A DNA stretch of 64,000 nt from Mobula hypostoma. Taxonomy: Eukaryota. Location: contig NC_086108.1 of assembly GCF_963921235.1 (NCBI RefSeq), positions 97,280,001 through 97,344,000 of the forward strand, written 5' to 3'. The notes below the pieces were generated by a model. It was not told the origin of the DNA. It did no database searches and worked only from the letters and a program-made list of their open reading frames with translations. Positions 38,849-51,944 of the stretch are shown one piece after another. The first letter of the stretch is position 1, and every line of letters begins with the position of its first letter. Made by a program: the position numbers and the translations under genes.

Positions 38849-39142
38849 TTAGGTCAGGGTTAAGTGGGGGGTTGCTGGGGCTCATTGCACTGGAGGGGCC
38901 CGTTGAGCTAGAGGGGCCTGTTCCGTGCTGTGTCTCTAAATAAAATAAAAAATAAAGAGTGCAGAACAAACTGTTACAGGTGGACAAGAAAATGTAAAGC
39001 CATAACAAGGTAGATTGTGAAGTCAAGAGTCCATCTTATTGCACTATGGCTCTGCTCAGTAGCTTATAACAGTGGGATGGACTCTTATTTATACTAGATG
39101 GTGTGCAAAGTAAATTAACAAATCCCTGCATGTGCCCCTTTT

Positions 39143-39660
39143 TAGATTATGAGAACACTCAGTCCTCCTTTATTGTCATTTAGAAATGCATACATGCATT
39201 AAGAAATGATGCAATTTTTCTCCGGCGTGATATCACAGAAAACAAGACAGACCAAAGACTAACACTGACAAAACCACATAATTATACCATATAGTTACAG
39301 AAGTGCAAGCAATACCATAATTTGATGAAGAACAGTCCATAGGCACAGTGAAAAAAAAATAGTCTCATAGTCCCCGAGTTGATCGACTCCCGAGTCCCTG
39401 ATAGTAGGTGGCAAAAGGGAGAAACTCCCTGCCATAAACCTCCAGGCACCGTCAACTTGCCGATACCTTGGAAGCAGCCGACCCTGAGTCCATCCGTCCG
39501 AAAACCACAAGCTTCTGAGCAGCTTCTCTGATTCAGCCTCTCGAGCGCCATCCTCTGCCGAGCGCCTTCGACCTCTCCCCGGCCGCTGAGACATGCAAAG
39601 CCGAGGATTTCGAGGCCTTCAGCTCCAGAGATTCCGGTTAACCACACAGTAGCAGCGGTA
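39143..39660 (-). mobile_element. Third copy of the aagatggcg/(aatct)n retroposon, 5'-truncated
   Basis: tagattatgagaacactcagtcctcctttattgtcattta start matches 29806. Confidence 0.8.
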
Positions 39661-39664
39661 GCAT

Positions 39665-40073
39665 CACCCGCACCAGCCTACTCACCATCCATGACGTATA
39701 TACAGAAAGATGCCAGAAAAAGACTAGTGACATTGTGAAGGATCCCACCCACCCTGTTTGTTCCACTCCCATCAGGGAGGAGGCTACATAACATCAATGC
39801 CAGGACCACCTGACTCAGAAACACTTTCCTCAAGCAGTAAGGCTGATCAACACCTCCAGCCATTAAACCATCCGGCCACAACTCCACCATCAGTTCCTGT
39901 CAGCATCACTTTATGGGCAAACAATCTATGTATATCAGCTATCTCATGTATTTATATTGTTCTTTTTATTAATATTGTGCTTTTTTGTGATGCATTGGAT
40001 CCTGAATAACCATTATTTTGTTCTCCTTTGCATTTGAGTACTGGAAATGACATTAAACAATCTTGAATCTTGA
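39665..40073 (+). mobile_element. Rex1/Babar 3' end
   Basis: attgtgaaggatcccacccaccctg..ccatcagggaggaggctac; (tcttgaa)n tail. Confidence 0.75.
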
Positions 40074-40679
40074 AAGCAGTGGATGACCTGGTCCAGTAAT
40101 CTATGCTTTGTTCTTCTGTTTTGGTAGTGGCAGCTCTTGGAATATAACTGCACTGCCCAGCATTGAAAACTTAGATTGTAGCCCATAATGAGACTTCTTG
40201 AGATTCACATTCCCGTTTGGTCAGAGCATCTTGCAAAGACCTCTGTGCAAAGATCGCCCCAATCAAGTTCACTTCAGCAAAAAAAAAACACTTAAAAAAA
40301 ACGAACTGCATGAGGTCACTTCAAAGGACTAACTGGATAATAGTTTTTATAAGCTTATTTGTGTCTAGCTGTTTAACGGATGTCATTCTGGTCAAGAATG
40401 TTTTGATGAATGCTTAAGGATTGTTGTCAGCACATTCCAACGCATAATGTCTCTCAAGTTGTTTCAAGGACCAAGTTATTAAAGCACAAAGAATTATATA
40501 ACATGTAGCAATTGTACTGATATATGTCCCTTAATAAGTTGTACAACATTAAACATGGACAGAAGAGATACAAGCCTTCTGAGGCTGTGCTGAATGGGAC
40601 TGTGAGATTTAAGGCTAAAATGTTGCAGAGTTATACCATAAGCATAGCTTCATGAAATAATCTGTGTGATACTCATATA

Positions 40680-41426
40680 TAGTAGATTCAGGTTAATCGG
40701 GCCATTGATTAATCAGGGCAGCTATTTATTTCGGACAACTCCTTTAAGGGAAAAAAATAAATCCAGAAAAATACGTGAGATTCCATTTGTTTATTTGGAA
40801 CACTATGTTGCTTAATTGAGACTGTTGCCCAACAATTTCTAACTAGCATCAGTTATGTGCACTTATGCGGCCAGTAGACATTACATCGTGCTTAGAACAA
40901 ACAGTTTTTAAATAGCATGTGTTTATGTTCAAAAAGCAGTGATTTTTTATGTCACTGATAGTCGGCAAGAAATAAACAGTAAAACAATTCAGAACCGTTT
41001 TGTTCACCATGGTTTCAAGCAGTCAGGCTTGGAGAAGCCAGAAAAAACCAGGAGTGAAAATGAAACAATTTCACTACTTCAAGAAGTTAGGAATTAAGTA
41101 TAATTTGAAGGTATCTTGAATGTTACAATGAAAATGAAGATTTGGAGGATGCAATCATGCATGTATGAAGGCAGTCCATTATCCGCACTAGGCATCTGTG
41201 TTGATTTTGTTCATTTGCAGTCAATCAAAGAGCACAACCGATGAATTCCTCTGTTGATAACTCTAAGGAGCTAATACACATGTTTATAATATTTTAGAGA
41301 TATTGGTGGTGTTCTAATTAGTTCCATTTTTCATTTAAATGCATACAGTAAATTGGTACTCCGTTCAACTGAATTGAAACTAAAATGTACTCGTCCCGGT
41401 GTGTCCCAATAAACTGGAATCCACTG
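40680..41426 (+). mobile_element. Tigger/pogo-derived non-autonomous DNA transposon
   Basis: Imperfect TIRs tagtagattcaggttaatcggg and cccaataaactggaatccactg, TA flanks; remnant DSRQEINSKTIQNRFVHHGFK resembles the Tigger motif W..V...TI.NCF.KAGF. Confidence 0.8.
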
Positions 41427-41444
41427 TATTTCTTTCAAACAAGA

Positions 41445-41600
41445 GAAAATCTGCAGATGCTGGAAATCCAAGCAAGACACACAAAATGCTGGAGGAATTC
41501 AGCAGGCCAGGCAACATCTATGGAAAAGAGTAAACAGTTGATGTTTTGGCCCATAGATGCTGCCTAGACTGCTGGGATCCTTCAGCATTTTGTATGTGTT
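41445..41600. mobile_element. Head-to-head (palindromic) Penelope-terminus derivative
   Basis: acacacaaaatgctggagga..gcaacatctatgg is mirrored by ccatagatgctgcc..ttcagcattttgtatgtgt. Confidence 0.75.
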
Positions 41601-41869
41601 CCATTGTATTTCTTATGTGGTCTTCCTGAAGGTGGAGTTCAGGTGTAGGTAGAGGCGAGTGGTGGGTCTGTTGACCAACCTGCTTAAACAGGCCTTCAGT
41701 TCAAAGCAAGACGTATAATTTACAGTTCATCTAAGGAGTTACATTTCAGTTTTTTGCAGCTTCCTTTACAGGCAATAGTAAGTAAGAAGGAAGCAGTAAA
41801 ATGCTAAAGAAAGGTCAGAACTAATGAAGAGTCTCAACCCAAAACATTGACAATATTCCTCTCCATTGC

Positions 41870-42097
41870 GTTGGGCACGTGGCCAAGTGGTTAAGGCGTT
41901 TGTCTAGTGATCTGAAGGTCGCTAGTTTGAGCCTCAGCTGTGGCAGCGTGTTTGTGTCCTTGAGCAAGGCACTTAATCACACATTGCTCTAGTGTCTGTG
42001 CAAGGAGTGGCGCCCCACACAGACTTCCAATCTGCGCCTTGTAAGGCATGAAAATGCCCGACGCAGGCCTCTCGTGGTCTGAGTCGACGTCCCCTCA
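41870..42097 (+). mobile_element. tRNA-derived CORE-like SINE (tail type C)
   Basis: Same head and core as 9186 and 21949; TSD ctctccat at 41859-41866 and 42098-42105; sits inside a Penelope terminal fragment (41818-42185). Confidence 0.85.
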
Positions 42098-42221
42098 CTC
42101 TCCATAGGTACTGTTTGACCTGATGAATTCTTCCAGCATTTTGTGTGTGTTACTCTAGATTTCCAGCATCTGAAGAATCTCTTGTGTAAAATGTTCTTGT
42201 AGTACCACCAGATATATTTGT

Positions 42222-42642
42222 CATCATCATGTTCCGTGTCTATGATGTCCTCCATCTGTCTTTCAGGGATCGTTGCCTGTGGGGAAGATCCTCTTCACAC
42301 TCTTGTTTTTTTTTTCTTTTCTCTATCTGTGATACATGATTGTTCTTGGCAAATTTTTCTACAGGAGTGATTTGCCTTTGCCTTCTTCAACAAGATATGT
42401 GATCCCAGCCATTAAATAATACTCTTCAGAGATTATCTCCGTGGCGCCAGTGGTCGCATAACTAGGACGTGATACGCACCAGCTGCCCACACGACCAGCC
42501 ACCACCTGCTCCCATGGCTTCACGTGACCCTAACTGGGGATTAAGCAAATGCTGCACCTTGCCCAAGGGTGGCCTGCAGGCTAATGGACAGAAAAACACC
42601 TTACAGCTTCTTTGGTAAAGTCTTACCTCCTCTCCTCCACCC
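42222..42642 (-). mobile_element. RTE-mobilised short element with Bov-A/Sauria-like tail
   Basis: Reverse complement of 32255-32612. Confidence 0.7.
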
Positions 42643-42769
42643 AACTGAATACATTACAGCATTAAAATGAAGGAAGACCTCTACTTTAGTTTACCTGTAC
42701 ATCTTAGGGGATCTTAAAGTCCTAATGGTTGTTTTCATAGTGGTAGAAAATACCCTCTTCATCTCTGGT

Positions 42770-43148
42770 GTGAAGGAGGATGAGAGGTGACCGGATAGAG
42801 GTGTATAAGATGGTAAGAGGCATAGACAGAGTGGACAGCCAGCACCTTTTCTCCTAAGACAGAAATGTCTTACATGAGAGGGCATAATTTTAGGAGACTG
42901 GAGGAAAGCATAGGGGGATATGCCAGAGGTAGTTTCTGACACGGAGAGTGGTGGGTGCTTGGAATGCATTTCCAAGGATAGCGGTAGAGACAGGTACATT
43001 AGAGACATTCAAGAAACTCTGTGATAGGCACATGGGCGAAAGAAAAATGGAGGATCATGTGTAAGAAAGGGTGAGATTGATCTTGGTTAAAAGGATGGAA
43101 CAATGTGGTATTCTGCTGTGCTATACTCTTCTATGTTCCATGTTCTAA
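42770..43148 (+). mobile_element. CR1 3' end
   Basis: gagagtggtgggtgcttggaatgc; (tatgttc)n tail. Confidence 0.75.
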
Positions 43149-45424
43149 ATGCTTGGCAAGTCAATGATGACCGGTCATTTTGTTTTAGTAGTTTTGAATA
43201 AAGGATAAGTGCACTGAGTGGATTTTGGCGCTCACGTCTCAGGAGCAGTGTGCTCCCCATATCTCTTCCGTGCCATTATGCACTACTTTTTCCCTTTTTT
43301 GTCACTTCCAGAACCTTCACCTTAAGGCGGATTTATGAGTTGTTGAGTTGTTGCTTTGTCAGTTGGTAGTTTTACAGGCCTGCTTTCCTCTCGAATTTTC
43401 ACTCATAGATCAATGGGCCAGATTTCTTGGGGAAAATAAAACTTAAAAGCACAATGTAGAACTTCCTGGAGGAATTCAGAGGGCGGAACTCTTCCACAGA
43501 TTTCAGCATCTGCTCTCTCATATGGTCTACAATGTAGAATTTGTTTCTTCCTTTGAGTTCCTTGGTATTCCTCGGAAGTGAGTGTTTATTCCCATCTCAA
43601 ATCAAAATGGAAAAAGCAATGCTGAACTTCCATCTTGATATTTGCAATTCTGAGCTCCCATAATTCCTTTGGGTGAGGAGTGGCATGACTTTTATTCAAC
43701 AGCAATCTAAAATTGGCCACATATGCTTAAACTCACACTTCCAGGAATCTTTATGCTCTCAGTATTTTTAAAATTTGCACTATTTGTCTTTTATTGCTCG
43801 TCAGTCTTTGTTTATGTAGAGTTTTCCATAAATTCTATTGCATTTATTTTTCTGTGAATGCCTGCAAAAAAATCAATCTCAAGGTAATATATGGTGAAAT
43901 ATATGTAGTTTTATAATTGAAGAGTTCAATGGACTCAACTCGGACTTTATATATATATTTTGCCTGGTTATATTTTACTGATATCCTATATGTGCTTGCT
44001 ATCTTGTATGTGCTGGGACTAGGCCTCAGGCTGCAGTATTGCCTGTTTGCAGCTGCCAGGAGAGAGGCATCTGAGCTAGTGCACTCCACTGGGGGCAGTG
44101 TGGCACAGCGTCAAGACTGGAGTTAGTGCTACCACCCCCGATGCCCGCCACCACCCTCCCCCTACCCCATGTTTGCTTGGCAGATAGAAAGGTCTACTGT
44201 GGTTGCCTGTAGATTTCTGCGGCATTAAATGGCTCGAGTTTGGACTATTTTATTGCGTTGCTTTATCTTTCTATCTTATACGTGCTATTTGTGCTTTGTG
44301 CTGTGTGTGATTGCTGGTACTGTGTTTTACACCTTGACCCCAGAGTAACGCTGTCTCATCTGGCTGTATTTATGAGTATTCATGTATGGTTGAACGACAA
44401 TTAAACTTGTATTGAATTGAAGTTTGAAGCTGAGATGTCATAATGCCTTGGACAAGGAATTAGAGATGATGATGTTCTCATGTACTTCTGTCCTGCTTCT
44501 ACACACTGCATGTGGAAAGGTGAATGTTTTTGAAGGGTTTATAGAGAAAAGGCAGGGAGATGGAGCTGAGTCCTTGGCTTGAGAGGCCAGATAGCATGTT
44601 CCTATGATTTCTTATTTTTCACTTATTCAAAATCAAAGTGCTTGCATTTCTACCTTCACACTTTTCCATCATTTCTCTCACTTTCACCTCCCCATTCGCT
44701 CATCCTCTATCCCTATGTTTATGTTAGGGTCTTCTGCATCTTCAACCCTATTTGGAAAGGAATAATTGTCCAACACAGAGTTTGTAGATCTTGGATGGAC
44801 GGTGGAAGCAGAGAGACAGAACATTCTCTCGGTAGGGTCTTGAACACTCATCCCAGGGTCAGTGTGAGATATCCAACACAAGAGAGAAACCTACTCAACG
44901 TTCTCTTCAACAACTTGTCTGTAATACGTGCATTTATGCACATAGTTTTCATAAGAATGGCAACTGCATATTCCCCATGGAGGCAAAGTTCTTCCCTCAC
45001 ACTGAGGACACCCCATTATGTTATGTTAGGTAACATTACCATAGTTACATCACTGTAACTCAGAATGGTGTATCCATGTGGTACAGTTGACCACTGGTAG
45101 TTATAGAATTGCATTCCAACACATTTCGTAAGCTAGTCACCAAGCTTGTCTTATACTCTACCATTACTATCAACTTATGAGAAGAACCCAGGTTCCATGT
45201 GGACTGCAGATGGGATAAAATCAGATGACATTCTAATAAAACTGTAGTGCAAGGCTACATAATTGGGCGTACAGTATACTCGTATAAGAAAGGTGCAGAA
45301 AAAAAAGACAGCAATATCATGAAGGTTGCCATCCATCTTGCTTATTGACTGTTTGTCCCACTCCCATCAGGGGAGAAGGTTACTAGTATCCACGCCTCGA
45401 ACACTCAAAAACTGTTACTTCCCC

Positions 45425-46400
45425 CAAGAGAGCACTAGATACAATAGATGACCCCAACAGATTAGCAAGTGAAGTGTTGCCTCACCTTGAAGGCCTGAAT
45501 GAAACTAAAGGAGAAGGTGAACGGGTAGGGTAGTCTTTCTGTTGCTTGCAGGGATTATGCCAGAGGGAAGATTAGTGGCAAGGAATGCATGGACAAGAGA
45601 ATCAAGGAGGGAGCAGAGGGCGGGGTGGGGGGGGGGGAGAGGGAAAGTTGTGTTTGGTGGTGAGATCCTGTTAAAGATGGTGAAAATTATGCCTGCTAAG
45701 GCGGCGGGAAGTTGGGGTGAGCGAGGATGTCCGGGAGATGGAAGAGATGTGGTTGAGGGCAGCATCAATGGCGGAGGAAGGGAATCCCTGTTCTTTGAAG
45801 AAGGAGGACATCCTTGATGCCCTGGAAAGGAAAGTCTCATTCTGGAACAGATGTGGTTGAGACAAGGGAACTGAGAAAAGGGAATTTTTACAGGAGAAGA
45901 GGTATAGTCAAGATAGCCGTAGAAAATGGTAAGTTTATAAAAGATGTTAGTAGACAGCTTGTCACCAGAAATGGAGACAGAGAGATCGTGAAAGGGCAAA
46001 GAGGTGTCAGAAATGGATTAAGTGAATTTAAGTGTAGGGTGGAAGTTGAAGGCAAAGTTGATGAAATTGATGAGCTCAGCATGGGTGCATGAAGCAGCAC
46101 CAATGCAGTTGTCAATGCAGAGTTGAGAAGTATTACCAGGGAAGGCTAATAACATGGACTGTTCTATGTAGCCAATGAAAAGGCAGGCATAGCTCGGCCC
46201 ATGGCTACCCCTTGAGCTTGAAGAAAGTAGGAGGAGCTAAAGGAGAAATTGTTGAGGGTGAGGACCAGTTCTGTCAAATGTTTGAGGGTGATGGTGGGGG
46301 GGGGGGCTGATTGGGTCTTTTGTTGAAAAAGAAACAGAGTGCTTTAAAGCCTTCTTGATGGGGAATTTTAAGGTGGCGCGAAGATAAGGTGAGTGCAGAT
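45425..46400 (-). mobile_element. Penelope-like element, RT thumb to GIY-YIG remnant
   Basis: PFHDLSVSISGDKLSTNIFYKLT..GYLDYTSS..IPFSQF and the upstream GVAMG..motif are typical of Penelope RT. Confidence 0.85.
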
Positions 46401-47294
46401 GACCAGGAAATTGAGTTTTTTAAGGTGGCGGGAATAAAGTGGGCTTTATTTCTTTCCATTGATGCTACCTGACCTACCGAGTTCCTCCAGCATTTTGTGT
46501 GTGTTACCTTCCATAAGTGTCAATGTTTCACAAAACCTCCTGTACATTTCCCACAAAATGACCTTTGCATTGGTATAATCCTTGATATCTAAGTGCTTTT
46601 TGTGGTGTAGGAGGTGAGACAGTACTCAAGTGCTGATCAACTCTTCCTGCTGCTCTAGAGATCACAAGGGCTTTGAGGATCTCTGCTCAAAGTATGCTTC
46701 CTAGCCAATCTTCAGTTCCTTTCTATAACCGATGCCAATTTAGCAAGGGGAAATCACATTTATCACTTTACCTGTGGGAAAGAGAGACGAGCTGGTGAAG
46801 GATTAGGACATCTACTGGCACGACAAGCTTCCCAAAAGTTCAGAGTGTTATATAATTGAACACCTGTGAGCACTGATCTCCTTAAGTCAACTCTAAAGGA
46901 GAGATAAACAAGAAGAGAGATTATCCATGTATTTTATGTGCATTCAGCACATTTTCTGGCAAGTAACTGTTTAAGATATCATCTTTTAGTTTGATGTCCA
47001 GTTCAGGTCCTGAGTGCACATAAGATAGGTGGAAATTTCCCAAGCCACTATTTTGAAGAAGAGCAAAGTATCCCACACATCTCCCCAAATACCGCACCAT
47101 CATAATCTTAAACATAATGCATGCTATATACATGTTATACTGATAACAATTAGCAATACATGTGCAAGCTTAGATTTCAATAGCATGCGTTACCATTTTA
47201 CAGAAAAGGACTCATACCCTAGAATATCAGCCAAGATTTATCCCATCTCCCACCATAAGTTCTGTGGGAAATGGTATCAACAACACGGATGCTC

Positions 47295-47915
47295 AAAGTT
47301 CAAAGTAAATTTATTATCAAAGTACATATATGTCACCATATACTACCCTGAGATTTATTTTATTGCAAGAAGATTTACAAGAAACAAAATAGAATCAATG
47401 AAAGACTGCGCCCAAACAGGATGGGCAGACAACCAGAGTGCAAAAGACAACAAGCTGTTCAAATACAAAAAGAAAGAAAAAATAAGTAATAATAAATAAG
47501 TAAACAAGTAGATAAATGAGCAAGCAGTAAATAACGAGAACGTGGGATGAAGAGTCCTTGAAAGTGAGTCCATAGGTTGTGGGAACTGTTCAGTGATGGG
47601 CGAGTGAAGTTGAGAGAAGTTATCTCCTCTAGTTCAAGGGCCTGATAGCTGAGGGGTGATACCTGTTCCTGAAGCTGGTGGTGTGGGTATTGAGCTCCTG
47701 CACTCCTTCCTGATGGCAGCAGCGAGAAGAGAGCATGGCCTGGATGTTAGGGGGTCCTTGATGATGGATGCTGCTTTCCAGCAACAGCTCTCTGTGTAGA
47801 TGTGCCCAATGGTGGGGAGCATTTTACCCATGATGGACTGGTCCACATCCACTACTGTTTGTGGGCTTTTCCGTTCAGGAGAAGTTTCGTTTCCATAGCA
47901 GGCTGTGATGTAACC
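47295..47915 (-). mobile_element. Rex1/Babar 3' end
   Basis: LPTIGHIYTESCCWKAASIIKDP plus the 3'UTR. Confidence 0.85.
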
Positions 47916-48329
47916 CGAATGCCAATTCTTCCCACAGTTATAGCAAGATTTTGGGGATCTCCTGAGGATATCTTATGTTAGTTGCTGTTTCAAATTTCAG
48001 GTTGAACAATGTTTCAGGTTGATGGACTGTGGTATTCATATTTTTTAGAGTTGGGTTTGAGAGTTTATTTTGTTCATTAACAGTTTCTTTTAATTGCTAT
48101 ATTCAAGTGCTTGCTGTTCTGTGGATATTTAGCACTTAGGTTTAATTCCAATAATTTGAATAGTTTAATCTAAATCAGATACATTTATAATGCCATTGGA
48201 TTTGTTATAGAGTCAATAGAGGCACCTAACACAGAAACAAGCTGTTTTCTCCATCATGTATGTGCTAATGTCAAGCACCCATTGAACCCATCTTATCCTC
48301 CATATTCCTATCAGGTTCTGGCAGCTCCT

Positions 48330-48920
48330 TAAAGTTCTTTCAGGTATCATAGCCGAGGTGGGAGGGTGGGCAGGAAGAGGGGATAAGCTATTAAACTGCC
48401 TATTAAATACTCCCAATGGCGTGCCTATCTAATAGCCTTTGACAACCAAGTCCAGCTACTGGCCTTGATGCGTGGCTTAGCAACTAAGCCCAGCAGAAAC
48501 ATTTTTACTGACAGGAGGAGGGACAAAGGCAGATTACTGGCACCTTAAAACCACTCGCTTTGGGCAGATGGGGCTTGTAAACTGTGGCTGGCAGCTCATC
48601 TAGGAGAAGGAAAACTCTGATCTCAAACTTCCATTGCTTTGCAGCTACTCCTTGGGAAGGCTTCAGGAGTAACTGTGAGAAAAAATCCAGAGCAGAAGTC
48701 CCTGAGGCAGTCCTAGGTTGAGTTTAACACTGACTGGCAGTTCTTTCGCGCTGCTGGTACCAAACAGTATCGGTTCCTTTGGGTTCATCAGCTGTGTGGA
48801 GAGGAGGGGCCTGCTGCATGGTCAACAGCTTGCTGTCCATGTTGTCTTGTGCCGGCTTGCATAGTGGTTCGCGTATCGACTTCGACATAGACAGCTAGCA
48901 TGCAATGACCCTAGTCAACT
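48330..48920 (+). mobile_element. RTE 5'-leader-derived non-autonomous element
   Basis: gcagctcatctaggagaaggaaaactctga and related motifs; homologous to 28033-28410. Confidence 0.6.
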
Positions 48921-49124
48921 ACGACCATCTGAGGGCTATGTTCTGTCAGCTTCTGCAACCCACCCACACCCTAAGGGCAATTTACAGCAGTCAATGAATC
49001 TGCAAGCCTGCACAGCTTTGAGATATTGGTGGAAAGTGGAGTCCCTGGAGAAACCAATGGTGTCATAGGAGAACATACAAACTCCACATAGACAACACCT
49101 GAAGTCGAGTCCAATCCCATGCTA

Positions 49125-49744
49125 CGAGGGGTGATTGATAAGTTTGTGGCCTAAGGTAGAGGGGTCAATTTTAGAAAACCCAGCACATTTTTTTTTCAAC
49201 ACAGTCCCCTCCTACATTTACACACTTAGTCCAGCGGTCGTGAAGCATACGGATCCCTTCTTTGTAGAAGTGGTCCACAGCGCAGATGATTGATAAGTTC
49301 ATGGCCTAAGGTAGAAGGAGATGAGTTATTATCTTCAAACTTTCTGCATTTTCACTTAAAGAGTTGACCTGCACTTACATGTAACGAGAGCATCTTGGAC
49401 CTCCAGGTGGTCCACAGCAGGGGTGATTGATAAGTTCGCGGCCTAAGGTAGAAGAAGACGAGTTATACAGCTCTCGTTACATGCGCGTGCAGTTCAACTC
49501 TTTGTGATTATGCAGAAAGTTTGAAGTTTCTCCTCATGTCCTTCTACCCTAGGCCATGAATTTATCAATCACCCCTGCTGTGGACCACTTTCTGGAGGTC
49601 AAAGACATCGACTTCTACAAAGAAGGGATCCGTATGCTCCACAACCGCTGGACTAAGTGTGTAAACGTGGGAAAAATAAATGTGCTAGGTTTTCTAAAAT
49701 TGACTCCTTCTACCTTAGGCCACGAACTTATCAATCACCACTTG
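49125..49744. mobile_element. Palindromic mariner-derived MITE
   Basis: TA TSD at 49123-24 and 49745-46; ~140-bp inverted arms; mariner C-terminal peptide FYKEGIRMLHNRWTKCV. Confidence 0.9.
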
Positions 49745-51944
49745 TATTCTGAACTGCCATAAGGTGGATTTTGCTGGGATGTTGCTTTCGGCCAGATGTT
49801 GCACTGGGGTGAGCAGAAGTTATGAACATGATGCATTCATACTTTAAACCAGTGTAATTCTTGCTTAATTCTGAAGTCAAAGAATTGTATTTATGTAACA
49901 CCAGTCAAGTTCCTTACAGCCTGCCCTCATGTGCTTTGTAACCAATCACGCTCTTTTGACGTGTACTTTTCTATGATTGCATTGTAGAAATCACAGCAGC
50001 AGATTTGTACAGAGTAGGGTCCCGTGGACAGCATTATGAAAATGATCAGATATCCTGCTTTAGAAGGGACCAAGGTTTGTCCCACAAACTTACTCTCCAC
50101 TATCAGATTCAAAGATTCAAAGTGCATTTATTATTAAAGGATGCATAAATTATACAACCTTGAGATTTGTTTGCTTACAGGCAATCGCAAAGCAAGGAAC
50201 CCAAAGGCACTCAATTAAAAAAAAAGACCATTCCGGAGCGCCCGCAGAGAAAGTGAAAAACAAAAATCATATAAACAACAAAGCGAACAACAAGAGCAGC
50301 ATTCCAAACCAAATTGAGTCCTTAGATTCAAATCCCTGGAGCAGCCCAGAATAGGCCCAAAGTCTCAGTGTTCAGTTCATCATATTAGCCAGGCAAATTG
50401 CTGCAAAGTTCACAGTCATGAAGCACAGCATTCGGGGGCAGTCTCACAGCCCTAGCGTTGCGGTAAGGAGAGACCCCAGACTATCAGGGCCAGCATTTAA
50501 ATTGTCTGTACCCACAAACACTTTCTCATGAATCTTTCTTTTTGAACTAGTTATTTATTTTTGTAATTGATTAATAGTTAGCAGTATAACTAATTTATAC
50601 AAGAATTTATAATTTATAATAGCATAAGTGATTTATTCCAAACATGAAAAAATCTACAGATGCTGGAAATAGTGAGAAACACAACACAAAATGCTGGAGG
50701 AACTCAGCAGACCAGGCAGCGGCTATGGAAATGAATGGATAGTCAATGTTTCAGGCTGAAGCCGTTCATTGGGACAATGTAGTTGTACTGTTTTGTTTCG
50801 TTGCTGCTCGTTCTGCTGAACGTTGTGAGCATGCTATGCATGGCACTTGCGGACTGCCCCCAGCACACCCTTGGGCATGTAGCCAATGCAAACAACACAT
50901 TTCTCTGTATGTTTCGAAGCACATGTGATAAATAAGCATGAAATCTAGTTTTATGCCTTTGCATTGTATTAATAATGTAGAACAAAAAATCTCATGCCAT
51001 TTAAATCAGTGATATATTATTCCTTTCTTAAGGTGTGAAGAGTTTCATTGGGAATTTTGTTTTCTGTGCAATTTCAGCTTTTCTATGTGAAAAAAGTGTT
51101 AATTTTACTGATGTCGGTAAGTGCCTTCTATGTTCCAGGGAAACAATTCAAACTGTGATGGCTATGACCACTGCAACAGTCTATTTCTTATTTTATTTTA
51201 CTAGGTTGAGGCAGCTGGGCTCTAATCCTTTAAAAATTTTAGTCTGCTTCCTCTAATGGAATACTTTTGTGTTTTTTTCCCCCCAAATTAATCGCAATAA
51301 GTCAGCTCAGTGACATAGCCAGGACTAGAGTAAACCCTGCTGAGATAGTTTTGTCCTCACCCTCCAGTTCAATCAAAAACAGCTTAGTGAAATAATGGCT
51401 GGCTAAGTGTGGCCATGTAATTTCCCTCCTGAACTCTTGCAGGAAACTGGAAAGCCATGTTAGTGCGGATTGAGTGATCAGCATAGCTATCCCTGACCCT
51501 TGCCCTTGGCAAATGCACATTTCCCTGGGGTGAGGAGGTCAGGAAAACGAGACCGGGAAGTGATAGTGGGGTGAGCTGCTCGGCAGGGGCAGGGGAGGAT
51601 CATGACGATGTGCAGTTGGTTTGGTCCCATTCTTACCCTTATTCCACAGTACACTTTCAGCAGAATCTACCAGGAGTAGGAACAGTTTGTAATATAATTC
51701 TCTAAACACAGGATAACTATGTACTGAGGTGGCATGATAGCTTCATGCTATTACAGTGCCAGTGATCATCAACTGGGATTCAATTTCTGCCGTTGTCTGA
51801 AAGGATTTGTATGTTCTACCAATGACTGCATGGGTTTCCTTCAGAGACACTGGTTAGGGGTTAGCGAGTTGCGGGCATGATATGTTGGCACTGCGACACT
51901 TGCCCAGCACGATCCTTGTTGATTTGATTTGACGGCAATGATGA

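Noticed and set aside
48410..48510. Possible HDV-like ribozyme in the RTE leader (also considered at 130-260)
   Set aside because: RTE leaders can carry one, but I could not assign the P1-P4 nested pseudoknot in these degenerate copies.
49270..49590. Spaced ~40-60-bp repeats resembling a CRISPR array
   Set aside because: They are TIR copies in mixed orientation inside a mariner MITE in a vertebrate genome; there are no cas genes.
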